The notes under the pieces are model-generated. The model was not told the origin of the DNA, made no database searches, and was given only the letters and a program-made list of their open reading frames with translations. Shown here one piece after another: positions 51,501-64,000 of a stretch of DNA of 64,000 bases. Origin of the DNA: Podarcis pityusensis (lineage: Eukaryota); the NCBI GenBank assembly GCA_964106645.2, contig OZ067040.1; one strand, written 5' to 3'. A program made the position numbers and the translations under genes. Positions within the stretch are counted from its first letter, which is position 1, and every line of letters starts with the position of its first letter.

Positions 51501-52906
51501 AGTAGTTACTGGGGAGGGAAACTATTCAGGATGTTGTTAAAATTACATCAAGGTCTTAATCAAGTTAAAGAGCCATTCACTTTTCCATTGTTTGTTTTGG
51601 TGACTAATGTGACAGAAGATAAACTAGAGGTTAGGGCTATCTTAGATTTTGCAAAGAAGGCAGATTTCTTTTTTAGGAGCCCTCACATAAAACAAGAGCA
51701 TTAATGTCCTTTTAATCATAAATAAAACACATATTTCCAGGAATAATGAGAGCCAAGCCAAAACAAGATCATTCTAATTCAAACACTGCTACTATGACAA
51801 GAAATCTACTCAGTAATCCTCATTCTGTCAATTCTTGAAAGGGCTTTTTCTTGCCTAAAAACTAATGGCAAACTTTCAACAGAAAAAGTTGCCCATGTTT
51901 AGCAAGCTATCCCAAACGGAAAATAGTAGTACTAGTAGTCCTAATAGTTTAAGTCAACGAGAAGTTGGTTGAAATGGTTTCATAGAAACATTCTTAATCC
52001 ATATTTTCAACACATGCACACATCCCTTCAACATAATCCGTTACAACTTTTGGGTAAAATTCCATTTCTATTAAGGGCTTAGGATTTTGTTGTGAACCTC
52101 TTACACATTCAACCACCTACACATTTTCATTTTCAAACATTAACACAACAAAGAAGGTGGGATCAAAGAATCAGAAGGATAGCACAGAAGAAAAGGTATT
52201 GAAGTAAAAAAAGTAGGAAACACAAAAGCCACCAAGATGTTCCTCAATATTGCCTATTTATATCTCTCTTTTATACCCTGAATTATTTCATGTGTGTGTT
52301 ATACACACTATAACTATCGGCTCGTGTCACAAGACCCCCTAACATACCAAAACTATTTCTGCTGCAACAGGCTTAAGACAAAAACAACAGAGTCTTCTGG
52401 AACTCTGAAGTTCAACCCCCCCACCAAATAGACTAGACTGCATTGCATTGAGCAGGTATTAGTCCCCAAAAGCTAAAGCTCTAATCAAGGTGTTACTCTT
52501 CCCAGTGTCACAAGCCTCATTTTTTTTGCTGCAACAACAGCACAACATGGCTACACCTCTGGCAAGACTCACCTCACTTGCTCTATAAAACATTTACTAA
52601 AAACTGCCTGTGCAGAGTAAAAGGTTTAAGTGAAACTGCTTGCTCTGCAGATGTGAAGCAACACCTGTCTCCATCTAACACAGAAGGTGAACTCCATTAA
52701 TGCCAATAACCAGCACTATGAAACACTGGCTTCTTGGTGTTTAAGGGAGCATGGGGACATTCTAAGAATACCCACTTGAAGCAACGCTAGGAAGTTTGTG
52801 AAGTGGAACACTGGTACAAGTGTCACTTTGGGGAGGATCAGAAGAGAAGTAGACAGACACCAGCTCTTAGCCTCTTCAGAGATCTGCTAACAAATCTTGT
52901 ACTTAC

Positions 52907-53017
52907 TAATAAACTTGTTTTGCATAGTTTCTAGTAGAGCCTGATGAGCATCTTCATTTTGCAAAGCACACGAACATTCTCTGGCCAATAAGGTCCGTAC
53001 AAGGTGCTCCCCACAAC
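52907..53017 (-). CDS. TASP1: Taspase 1 internal exon
   Basis: 111 nt encoding (G)CGEHLVRTLLARECSCALQNEDAHQALLETMQNKFI(S). TAG acceptor, GTAAGT donor, phase 1/1. Confidence 0.96.
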
Positions 53018-53687
53018 CTACACAAAACATTAACAAGCATGGTTAACCTATATTTGTATGATTGGGGAAAGCACTAAACACAAATTTTGGGGGCAAATCA
53101 TTGCAATCTTGTCTCTGCGCAAATCCCAAGAAAGATTTCGGAAAGTTAAGACATATGAACAAAGCAGGAAAATAATGCAAAGGAAAAGAAAACATTTAAA
53201 AAGTGAAGGCATCAGTTTTATTCTGTATTAACTCGTATTTCACAATGACTTAGGATTCCACAGCACAGTGAAGGCTGTTGTGTCAAGTACAACCCAACAG
53301 GCTTACTTTCAAGAAAACGCCTACTTATTTAGGCCTCAAGTGTCAACGTACAAAGTGTTTGATAACCCTTCTCTCATCCATGCCTTTCCTAACCTCAAGT
53401 TAAGACCTTTTTTATCGATTAACTGTCAAGTCCAATTTATACAGACACTCAAGGAAGCAAATAGTTGTGCATCAGTTAAAGATATACCAGTTTTAGAAAT
53501 ACAGAAATCCTTTTGATGTCAGAATTTTCACAGATTGGTTAGGGGGATTGGTTAAGAGCCAGTATAACTAAGTTTAAGGCAACATTTCTCTCCTCACTCA
53601 CCTCAACCAGATGCCAGGAAAGCCATTAACTGGAAAACCCTCCTATTCCCATTTTAAAGGGTTAAAAAGCTACACCCTAGGTCTGTA

Positions 53688-53891
53688 CAGTGGAACCTCG
53701 GGTTGCGGACGTGATCCCGAAGTGTTCATAACCTGCAGTGCTGCACCTGCGCACGCACGTGACGTGATTTAACACTTATGCTCATGCACGAGCGGCGAAA
53801 CCTGAAGTAACCCTTTCCAGTACTTCAGGTTCCTGCGGTCCACAACCTGAAAACGCGTAACCCGAAGCGTTTGTAACCCGAGATACCACTG
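53688..53891. mobile_element. Tc1/mariner-superfamily MITE
   Basis: TA|CAGTGGAACCTCGGGTTGC...GTAACCCGAGATACCACTG|TA. Confidence 0.88.
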
Positions 53892-55940
53892 TACTTTAAT
53901 GAAAGTAGGGCAGAACATTTTCCAGAATGGTGTCTGACTCAAGCACACCAGCAAGCACCTTTGCTTTGTCATTTCAATATATTTAGTTATGATTTCTGTG
54001 ATTTTTAAGACCACAGATGCTCCTAATTAACTTTATTCCCAATGCCATTCTCAGGACAGAGGCTTCATTCAAGGTGGCAGATCTTTTTCAGCATGAAAAA
54101 GGTAACAGGTAACAACAATGATAGCTGACTAACATAGTGCTTGTGGAGATAACTGTGCTACAATGGGCTCAGACAGTGTAACGGTGAACCTGTTTCTCAA
54201 ATTGAATGGAACATACAGGATCCCAGAAATTTAGTCAGCCGCAAACCTTGGATTCGGCAGTAAGAGTTTGCCAGCTGTAATACACCCAGTCCTTTTCACC
54301 TCCAAGTTTGTTGGCAGACTTCAAGGAACTCCAGAACACAGCCAGGCAGCAAAGACACACCCTCTGACTTTACCAGCCGATGGTAGATGAGCAGAAAGCT
54401 CTTTTATGCTGATCATTTTTGCGCATTCTATCCATAAATGTACGGCTGACAAAGAAAAACTGTGTGCCACAGAAAACACACGTGTTGTGGCTTCCTCCCT
54501 CGTAAATGCTCTACCTGAGCTATGACTTAACTTCTATGCTTTGAAAACGAAAATAAACCTTGCATGATGGCTTATTTCTATTACACATGCAACACAGGAG
54601 TGTCTCTAAATACTGGCCTCGCTCTCAGATTGAACCAAACCTGTGTCTTAACTATACCACTTCAGTGCAGGGGGCTCACGTAACTGAACTCTCTCCACAC
54701 ATAAAACTAGGGTTCTAGTCTAGACTTCCAAGACATCATTTTTGCATGGAGAATAATTCAGTTGTGTGAGCCACCACCAGTATCCCAAAGCGTCTGCAGA
54801 ACTGGATTGTCTACTTTCAATACAGTACTGCACTAATATGTTAGGAAAATATTTTTATTTGGCAAGGGACAAAAGAGAGAGAAAAGAAACACGCCTTTAA
54901 GTTAATTTGGCTCATAATATACTGGGCTAAAAGGAGAACACACACCAAGATTGTTTAATCCCCATAAATTCAGCCAAAAATTCACTGTTCCAACTTACTT
55001 CTAGCCATTAAAATGGATTCAATGTGAAGGACTTGCACAATTCCAGAGAAAGACTCTGGAAGTCCTTCCAGATATGACCATAAGGTATACATGAAGGATA
55101 AGAAACCACCAGGAGAAGTTACCCAGATTTGAAAGTGATCAGATGCTTTTGGAATGGTATCTGAATGAGATGTATTCAGGTTGCTCAAAACAGTTTATTT
55201 TTACCTGGCTTTCTTTCCTCCCCTCCCCTCTAGATTTCAAGTGCTCTGGGTTGGTTTACACCATATATTTCCTCTCACTTCAATCCTTTCAGCAAAACCT
55301 GTGAATTCAGAATTTGGCCTGTCAACTTACCAGTGTTAGGACTGTTTGGCAAAGGCTGCAATCCTAGACACACATACCATAATGGGATTTTCTTTTAAAA
55401 AATGGTTAGGATTGTGCTGAAAGTTGCATTACCTTCAAAGAGGATGGCCATATGAAAAAGAGGACAGGGCTGCTGCATCTTTAAGGGTTGTGTAGAAGAG
55501 GGAATTTCAGCAGGTGAATATGTCACGCAGTTGCCATGCCTGTTTTCATCTGAACATCCTAGCTCCAAGTAATATGGAAGGTTTGCTTGGATTTTTTTTC
55601 TCTGCACTGCAAATGAATAATTTTGCTGTGAGGTGTTTCTGTGCACTATGTGCAATGTCAATACCTGAAGGATTGTCTCACCCCTTATAAATTCAGTTGG
55701 TCACTGCACTCTGCAGTCTTCTACGGATACCTTATTATCAGGAGATCCATTTCACACCATGTAAGAATCAGGCATTTAATATCATCGCAACTACCCTTTG
55801 GAAATTCCTCCCTTTTGAATTTTAGACAAGGCATCGTTTGTTGTCTTTTCAGCACCTACTGAAGACCTTCTTCTTCTAGCAAGCCATTTAAGGTGAGACC
55901 TTTCTCATTCTGGATCTGTACTGGAATTTTAATGATTTTA

Positions 55941-56182
55941 TGGTCGTACCTCAGCTCCCAAACGCCTTGGGAGTCGAACATTCCAGCTCCTGAACGGCAC
56001 AAACCCAGAAGAGAGTGTTCTGGTTTTTGAACGTTCTTTTGGAAGCTGAACGTCCAGCGGGGCTTCTGATTGGCTGCAGGAGCTTCCTACAGCCAATTAG
56101 AAGCCACACTTTGGAAGTCAAACATTTCTGAAGTCAAACAGACTTCCGGAACGGATTCTGTTCAACTTTCGAGGTACGACTG
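55941..56182. mobile_element. Tc1/mariner-superfamily MITE nested in an L2-like 3' end
   Basis: TA|TGGTCGTACCTC...GAGGTACGACTG|TA. Confidence 0.75.
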
Positions 56183-56527
56183 TATTTACTTGTTGTTCAC
56201 TGCCCTGGGTTCCTTTGATAGGGATATAAAATTAAATTATTATTATTTCAGTACATAATCTATGCCACACTAGCCCAGCAAAGTATCACTGGAAAGCTCA
56301 TGACACACAGCCTTAGATCAGGGCAATGCCACCTCTTCTACTATCTGCCTCTGAGCTTTATTTACTTGAGGCATCCCACAAATGCAGAACATTTTAGGCC
56401 ACAATTGGGGTTTTTTAATCTGTTGGATTTATTGGCCACTTTACTGTGTACATTTCAGAAAACTAGTAACTATTAGGTATATTCAAACTTCTCCAGATGA
56501 TTTCCCTCACGGGGCAAGCAGCAGATA

Positions 56528-56566
<39 letters not shown>

Positions 56567-59128
56567 ATTCAACACCTCCTCCCCCAGCCACCACTTTAGT
56601 CAAACTGGCAGACCCGTGTGGTTTCAACGCGAGGAAAGAAAACGTTGTGGATCTCCTGCATAACGTGGAGTTTGGTTCTCATTTACTCATTATAATAAGT
56701 TGCTTCCAAAGTTGGAGGAAGCATTTACAGGCACAGTGTACATTACAGTAGTCCTCAAAACGTATCTAACATCTTTTGCTTTGCCATTATTAAGCCAGGA
56801 AATCATTTATAGAGGGCACAGCATTCAGTTCTGGCAGTATTTCAGGTATTTTACAATGAAACACTGAAAACATGCAAAGTTTAACTGTTAACAGTGTAAC
56901 CCGCTTTATCAGTTTACATGACCATTTACTAACATATGTATTGTTTCTCGTTTGAGCTTGTCACAAAGCCCAGCACCTACACCATGCTCTCCCCCTAAGC
57001 AGATTTCTGCACTTTAAAGTAACCACAACAAGAGCCTTAAAAAAAACCTCAGCATAGGATAAAGTAAAACATTACTTATTATTCCAGCCCTGCACCTCAG
57101 AGTCATCTAGCAATGGAATAAAGATGGCATAGCAAAGAACTTCTGTAAAGCAAAAGGGTTTCAGAGCAGCATGTCACAGAAACGGTTTTCTGCTTCTTTT
57201 GATGGGCTTTCCTTTCAAGTCAGGAAATTAGAAGCAGGTGTGTCAGAGGGCACCCACATTCATACACCACACTGAAACACACACGTTTTCAATTTTCAAA
57301 CATGAAAGCAACTCCTATTGAACAGAGGGAGAAATGAAAACCCCGGCCCTCTTTCTGCAAGCCATATGCAAAAGGCTATGAGGGAGAAAGTCAGGCAGCA
57401 CGTTAATAGCTCGTGAGCTATTGTTAGATACTCTTGCCGCAATAGCAAAACAGCTCTGGAATCTAAACAAAAACAGAACTGCACACAAAGACATTAAAAC
57501 TGTTATCTGCTATGCAACACTATAAAAAAAACAATCAGCACTGTATACTACTTCAGAGGTGGCACTCATTAGTATATCAAAACTTGCTATGTAGTATTTT
57601 GAAAAGAGTTTCTCAATGTAGCATTTTAAGTCACAATGATAAATAGTAAATAATAAATAAATAAAACTACATACGTGTACATACTATAGTATCTCCCTAT
57701 TCTCCCTGCTGTTTTCAAGGAACAATTCTTGATAAAACTCTCTCCTTCTCTCTATATATATACATATAATACTGTAGATGCAAACCTATTTTGAAGAGAT
57801 TTCAACATTGTTGAAAAATAATTTTTGGAATAATGCAATTAGGAACAAGCATGGCTTAAAGACTCTGGTAGGTAGAAAGAAACTCTGGTAGCATGATTTA
57901 GATAAATCAATTGTTATTTTACTTGATTGTCAGGAGCTAACAGAAGGGTTATACCAATCATTATGATTTATGCAACATAGAGCAGTAGGGGGGAAAGACA
58001 GGTCACTGTCTTGACAAGTTTAAACTCTACAATATGATAGTAAGGAGTGAAGAAAAGGAAGCAAGAGAGAGGCAAGATATTTAGAGTATGAGATGGTGTT
58101 ACTACAGTAATACTACAGTAGTGGAAAGAAGGCACAATTTGCTTTCTACCCCCCCCCCCAAAAAAAACCCTACTACAACTACATTTTAAATGAAAATCTA
58201 TGACTAGCCTTGTTCAGGATTCCTAACAACATAGACTGCATATGCAAAGCAGATTGCTGCAACCTACAGGGCAGTTTCTCCTGCAAATTCCAAAGATCTC
58301 AGAAGCCCACTCTGCAGTAACTTGGAGCAGGGTTTTTAGTGTGGCTGCCCCTATTCTACGGAATAGAATTCCCATCGAGATATGACAAGCGCTCACTAGG
58401 CACCCCTTTCTTTGCATAAGTATTAATGCTTACATAAAGAATATAAATTCCACGTGGCTCCTTAAAACAAGTTACTTCTCAACAGCAGTTCAAGGAAGAT
58501 AAAGCCAAAGTTAATTTTCCATTACAACACCTCCAAATTTTGAAATGAGTTTATTAGCAACCATTGATATAGTCAGTGCCTCCCCCCTCTTTTTGTGTGT
58601 GTAAAACATGAAGTGCTGGTACTCATATCTTGATAAAGCCACTTCAAACCATGGTTTAAACCATGGTTTAAAATTACAACTAAATCAAGGCTAACTAATT
58701 AGGGGTTTGGAAATAAGTGATATACAGAAAACATGAGCTTCCAATCTCCCTCTCATGGCTGCACTGGAAAAGAAGCGAAGGGGGAGCACAAAAGTCCAAG
58801 GCTTGCTCGTGCAATACTAAATCATCATTTAGTTTTGCGTCGTTAAATGCACAGATAAATGTTTCATAACTATTTATTCTTTAATCTGGAGCAAGCATGA
58901 TTTTTGCTGCATTTTGCATGTATCTGTATATCAAAGTTAATCTGCACATTTATGATTATGGTAACAGCATCATCTTCCCATTAATGTGAATCTGAATAAG
59001 TAAGATAATGGAAACAGTAGAATCTATTCCAGTACTTCATATAGGTCCATCCATAAGAATATATTTCAAATAACTGTATATAGAAGTAAAATAAGTTCCG
59101 GTGAAATATTTGTAAGAACAGCAAATAC

Positions 59129-59207
59129 CTGAGGTACTCACAGCTGTAGAGTAAGGGTTCTGAATTCCCAAGTTTTCAGCCCAGCACCCACATCCGTAAA
59201 GAGCTGC
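59129..59207 (-). CDS. TASP1: Taspase 1 internal exon
   Basis: 79 nt encoding AALYGCGCWAENLGIQNPYSTAVSTS(G). CAG acceptor, GTATTT donor, phase 0/1. Confidence 0.96.
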
Positions 59208-60398
59208 CTGACAGAAGAAGAAGGAGGATTTACAAAAGAGAGATAACTATTTGCCCCTTTACACCAAGTAAAACTTTTGGGTAAAGAATCATTTCCTTTG
59301 TTCATCTGCAAAAGGTGCCATATACCTCTATATTGGTAAGAATTGTATAGTCAGGTCTTTCATCCATGTGATTCAAATGGACGGCCCATTTTAGACATAA
59401 TGATCTCTGTCCAATGCAAGCAAGTGGTGGATGATTCTATGTTAGGTCCATAGTATACAGATGAGAACCCATTACCAAGCCTACATGGTAACAGTGGTGA
59501 AGACAGTGTACAAACCATGTACACAATGACTTCCCTGTCATTACTGCATCTTCAGCATGCCATCTTGTGGTGCTTTTTCCAGGAGGTCTGGGGGTTTCTC
59601 CAGCTTGGCCTACATAGAAATGTGAAAGTACCCTCAAGGGCACGCTGTAACATGTTCGCTAAGTACTTTGCATTCAACTTGACATGGATGCCACTAGTTT
59701 GGCACTTCAATCCAGGGAGGTATCCAGAACACTTCCCTCCTCATGCAGCTAGCAGAGGGGGATTAACTAGTTGGATCCAGGCAGTGTTAGAAACTGAGAT
59801 ACGAAAGCTAGGAGCTAAATGGCACCTTAAACCTAGGTTATAGGAAAAACAACGGAATGTCTAGGCATGCTTTTTTATAACAAGAATACAAAGCTGAAAA
59901 TGAATGAACTGCAGCTAAATTATTATTTTCACATGTTCTAGTCCTTCCCCTGCCCACCCGCCTAATTTTTAAAAGAGGGCCTCTTCTCCTGTCTTCAGAG
60001 AGTAGCTGGAAGTGGGGAGGCAGAAAAAGGTCCTCTTTCCTTGCACTCTACAGTTTTAATCTGAAATCTTAGGTGCAGTACTGCGCCCAGAGCTCAGAAA
60101 CTACTCACGCTAATGAAATTCCTTGTCGCAAAATGTGCCTAGAACAATGGGAATTGCGAACACTGGATCTAGGGAGTGATAAATATCTTAGAGAGAAAGA
60201 GGGTATCCCTGGCACCCTGAAATAAGCAGTTAAGAGACCACTCCTAAAAGAGGTCTCTCCAAACCTTGAAAAATGTAATCATTATAGGGTGATCACAAAC
60301 ACCCTTTCTGAGCAAGATGCTCAAGCAGTTGGTTGCTGGACAGCTCCAGGAACTCTAAAAATGATACTGATTATCTAGACCCATTTAAATGTGCAGTA

Positions 60399-60751
60399 CA
60401 GTGGAGCCTCGCAAGACGAAATTAATCCGTTCCGCGAGAGTCTTCGTCTAGCGGTTTTTTCGTCTTGCGAAGCAACCCTATTGGCGGCTTAACGGATTAG
60501 CGCTATTAGCGGTTTAGCAGCTATTAAAGGCTTATTGGCTTATCGGATTAGCTGCTAAAAGGCTATTAAAGGCTTAGCGGCTTAGATAAAGGGGGGAAAG
60601 CGAAAAAAAATCTCAAGACTCGCAAGACATTTTCGTCTTGCGAAGCAAGCCCATAGGGAAATTCGTCCTGCGAAGCAACTCAAAAACGGAAAACCCTTTC
60701 GTCTAGCGGGTTTTCCGTCTTGCGAGGCATTCGTCTTGCGGGGCACCACTG
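60399..60751. mobile_element. Tc1/mariner-superfamily MITE (family of 5603-5931)
   Basis: TA|CAGTGGAGCCTCGCAAGACGAA...TTCGTCTTGCGGGGCACCACTG|TA. Confidence 0.92.
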
Positions 60752-61739
60752 TAAGTCAGATATGATTTTGCAAAATGAGAATCTGAAAATTTTATGAATA
60801 CACTCGAGTATTTTTATGAAGGTTTCGACCTACTTTGTACTATTACTGTTTTAAATGTAATGAATTATAAACTGTATGAATGAGAAAGGCAAATGATTTC
60901 GAACAAAAGTGGGCTATGCAAGAGCCAAAGAGGGGAAGTAAGTTGTAGCTGCTAAAGGTGCTCTCAAATAAATAGGACTTTGCCTTTAAGCAAAACAATC
61001 AGATCAAAGGAAAAGAACATTCCTTGGACGATGAAATGGCATGTCCTAGGGTGCTTGTGTCCATTTGCCTAGAGGCACTCTGATCAGGCCAAAAGTTTAT
61101 GACCTGTAGTTACATATCAATAAAAGGTCTTCTAATCCAAGATAATGTCTGCAATCAAGAAATCAGTCTAATGCCACATATCAAGAGACTAAGCAAAGTG
61201 TAAGAACTCATGGCACATGGTCACTCCTAGGATAAAAGCCTGTGAAGTAGTTGAAGGAGCAGTGTGAAGCTTTCACCACCATCATCCAGCTGCCTTCGCT
61301 TCTCTGTGCTCCTAGTGTGGACATCTAGTTAGATAAAGCAACGACCTAACACGTGGAAGATTGGGAGTTCTGGAATACTATTACCAATAATGTGTTTAAG
61401 GTGGTTTTGCTGCTTGTTTTTTTTTAAATACACAAATTGATACCGTTGCGGCTGGTCTCTGTGGTTTCCTTCTCTGCAAGTCCTGCTCCCTGCTTTGCTG
61501 GCCTATTTCCAGCTGACTTACTCCAATTATAAAAGATGATGCTGAAGGGGCCAGAGACCATCTTAACTGTGCGTTCTGCAAGACCTGCTGTCAGCATACT
61601 TTCCAGAAGAGGAACTCTTGGTGTTATGGTCAAGAAAGCCCTGTTCCATGTAGCTACCAACCATACTTCAGACAGCAGTGGAATGTGGAACATCTCAATC
61701 AGCAAAACGCAGTTTTTTATGTACCCTAGACCCATACCC

Positions 61740-62101
61740 TCGGGACACGGGTGGCGCTGTGGTCTAAACCACTGAGCCTAGGGCTTGCCGACCGGAAGGA
61801 CGGCAGTTCGAATCCCCGCAACAGGGTGAGCTCCCGTTGTTCGGTTCGAACCTACAGTTCGAAAGCACATCAAAGCGCAAGTAGATAAATAGGTACCGCT
61901 CTGGCGGGAAGGTAAATGGCATTTCCGTGCGCTGCTCTGGTTTCGCCAGAAGCAGCTTAGTCATGCTGGCCACATGACCCGGAAAAAATGTCTGCGGACA
62001 AACGTCAGCTCCCTCGGCCAGTAAAGCGAGATGAGCACCACAACCCTAGAGTCGTTTGCAACTGGACTTAACTGCCAGGGGTCCTTTACCTTTTTTTTTA
62101 A
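61740..62101 (+). mobile_element. Sauria SINE, full length
   Basis: GGGACACGGGTGGCGCTGTGG head, GTTCGAATCCC B box, CCTTTACCTTT tail. 15-bp TSD CCTAGACCCATACCC/CCTAAACCCATACCC (61725-61739, 62102-62116). Confidence 0.92.
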
Positions 62102-62317
62102 CCTAAACCCATACCCAAAATTATGACTCTGCTTATGATATCGAGCTTTTGGCTGATTCCCACTTACAATGATTTATCACGTAAAACACAGCTTTCTCAT
62201 AAACACTACTTTTCCTAAGTTGTAAAGAATGTCACCCAGCCAGTTTTCTCTTTCACAGCAAGTTGGGAACACTTAGGGTAAAATGCAACTCAACATGAAA
62301 ACCCTACTAAGACCTAC

Positions 62318-62437
62318 CTGACCAACTCGTCCAGGGTGCTTCAGGGCTAAGCCTCCACTGGACACTGCAGCAGCGACATTTCCTTCCTGGTCAACAACAA
62401 CTGCTCCAACGGTATCCAGTGTTCCTGAGTCATTCTC
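62318..62437 (-). CDS. TASP1: Taspase 1 internal exon with the D|T autoproteolysis site and Thr nucleophile
   Basis: 120 nt encoding ENDSGTLDTVGAVVVDQEGNVAAAVSSGGLALKHPGRVGQ (Ntn-hydrolase/asparaginase-2 motif DTVGAV). TAG acceptor, GTAGGT donor, phase 0/0. Confidence 0.97.
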
Positions 62438-62850
62438 CTATGGGGCAGGGAAACAAAGACACTGAAAACATACAGACTTGACAGTATTTTGATGCCTCCA
62501 TAGATGAAGACCTGATTGGTTCACAGAGCCAGCAACACAGCGTGGGAGCATTTATATCTCTTCACTCAGCCTGGATCTATTCCATATCCATTCTTTAAAA
62601 TCATATGCCAAGGTAATTACTATGTAGCTCTTCTATCCAAGGTATAAAAATATAGAAGGGAGCAGATTTTTTCAGCAGTGGCACCAGAGTTAGGGAATAG
62701 CTGCCTTTACATCCCTGCCCAATCGTCAAGGTCTTTGGGGGAGTCACTCCTAGTGGTAACCCATGGCTTAGATGCAGACATTCAGCTTCTTCCCTATCGC
62801 ACTTCCAGTACCTACTGAAGACTTCTTTTTTTATTTCAGCAAGCATGTTA

Positions 62851-62966
62851 ATCATAGAATCATAAAAACATAGAATCATAGAGCTGTACAGTTGAAAGAA
62901 GCATCTAGTCCAACACTCTAGAATGCAGGAGTTTCAACCAAAACATTCATGACAGATGGACTGTCA
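62851..62966 (-). mobile_element. CR1 LINE 3' terminal fragment
   Basis: (ATCATAGA)n terminal repeats and CATCTAGTCCAAC on the + strand, i.e. a CR1 3' end in - orientation. Confidence 0.7.
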
Positions 62967-64000
62967 CAAAGTTCTTCCTGATATTTAGTCAGCATCTCTT
63001 TTTTACCTCTATTGTATTTGTGGAGTTTGGTGTACATGTCTTAGAGACAACTAATTAAGAAGTATATAAATTGTTGAAATAAAGAAATAAAATAAGGAGG
63101 TTCACCTCGGGCTATCATTGCTATTATTTTTCTTTACCTAGGCATTAACAGATTTTACTAATTTAAAATGAGAAAAATCTGACATTTTATTGTTCTTTTA
63201 TATTTATTTTGTGCTGTATATTGGCACCATATCTTAAATATGAACGGTAGTGTAAAATGTGTAAAAAATAAAGCAAATATCAAATAGCTGTTGCCTGTAC
63301 TCAGTGGCTAAAGGAAACTTATCCATTAAAGTTATTTCCCTTTACTTGTCAACCAGACTTCCTGTCTGATCTTCCCACTGAAAGACAATGCCAAGTTCCC
63401 CATTCAAATTAATGCAGAGAGAAGAGCAAGGTATACCTCCCTCACTGCTGAATAATGTTTAGAGATGGAAAGTCTGTGGTTCTCCAGATGTTGTCTGCCT
63501 ACAGCTCTCATCAGCCCCAGCCAGCATGGTCAATGATCAAGGATGATGAGAGTCCAGCAACCTCTTGAGGACCAAAGGCCCCTCATCCTTGTGTTAAAGA
63601 GTCAAGCAGGCAATTCCCTGGACTTGGTAGGCTTTAAGTTCAGTAGAACAAAAATACTCCAAAAGGGCTCACCACAGTTCTTCCTTTGATCTGAATGACA
63701 TTAATGCCAAGTGAGAATAAAAAACAGTAAAACTAAGCTGTTCTATTTTGCCAGAGGGAGGCTCAAACTGGTTTTTAAAAGTTAGAAGGTTTATTACGAA
63801 AACATTTGAGAACCATTAACTGAGATTAAAGCTCTTGTAGCTTGTGGGCATAATCACATTCCATTCAAAAGAATACACCCATTGCCAATTAATTAACCCT
63901 AATCACCCACAAGCTCTGTCTTCACAATCAATAGCAAAAAGTTAGGATCACACACTCGCTCACCTACATTGCACTGAAAGCATGGAGAGAGGAGGTTTCT

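Overview
Vertebrate genomic DNA from a squamate reptile, probably a lacertid lizard (Sauria SINEs, BovB, CR1, L2-like LINE ends, many MITEs). There are two convergent protein-coding genes. ISM1 (isthmin-1, + strand) is present as its last coding exon (839-1356, AMOP domain). TASP1 (taspase 1, - strand) is present as its last six coding exons (62437 down to 34348), including the D|T autocleavage/nucleophile site. All splice sites in the window are GT-AG with consistent phases. The ISM1-TASP1 tail-to-tail arrangement matches the human one. The rest is intron, 3' UTR and intergenic DNA rich in transposons, many with readable target-site duplications (TSDs), plus one 177-nt N gap. Apart from ISM1, TASP1 and retroelement fragments, the supplied ORFs look spurious. 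I found no convincing new multi-gene system. The best leads are smaller: (1) the integrin-binding RKD motif of ISM1 reads RKN here; (2) a palindromic hAT-type MITE family carries ZNF143/THAP11-like ACTACAnnTCCC motifs on both arms; (3) a tRNA-Ile-derived SINE with a GAT anticodon and a CR1 tail; (4) two DNA transposons inserted into SINE A-box regions; (5) a clean solo LTR; (6) a TAGTAG tandem acceptor in TASP1.
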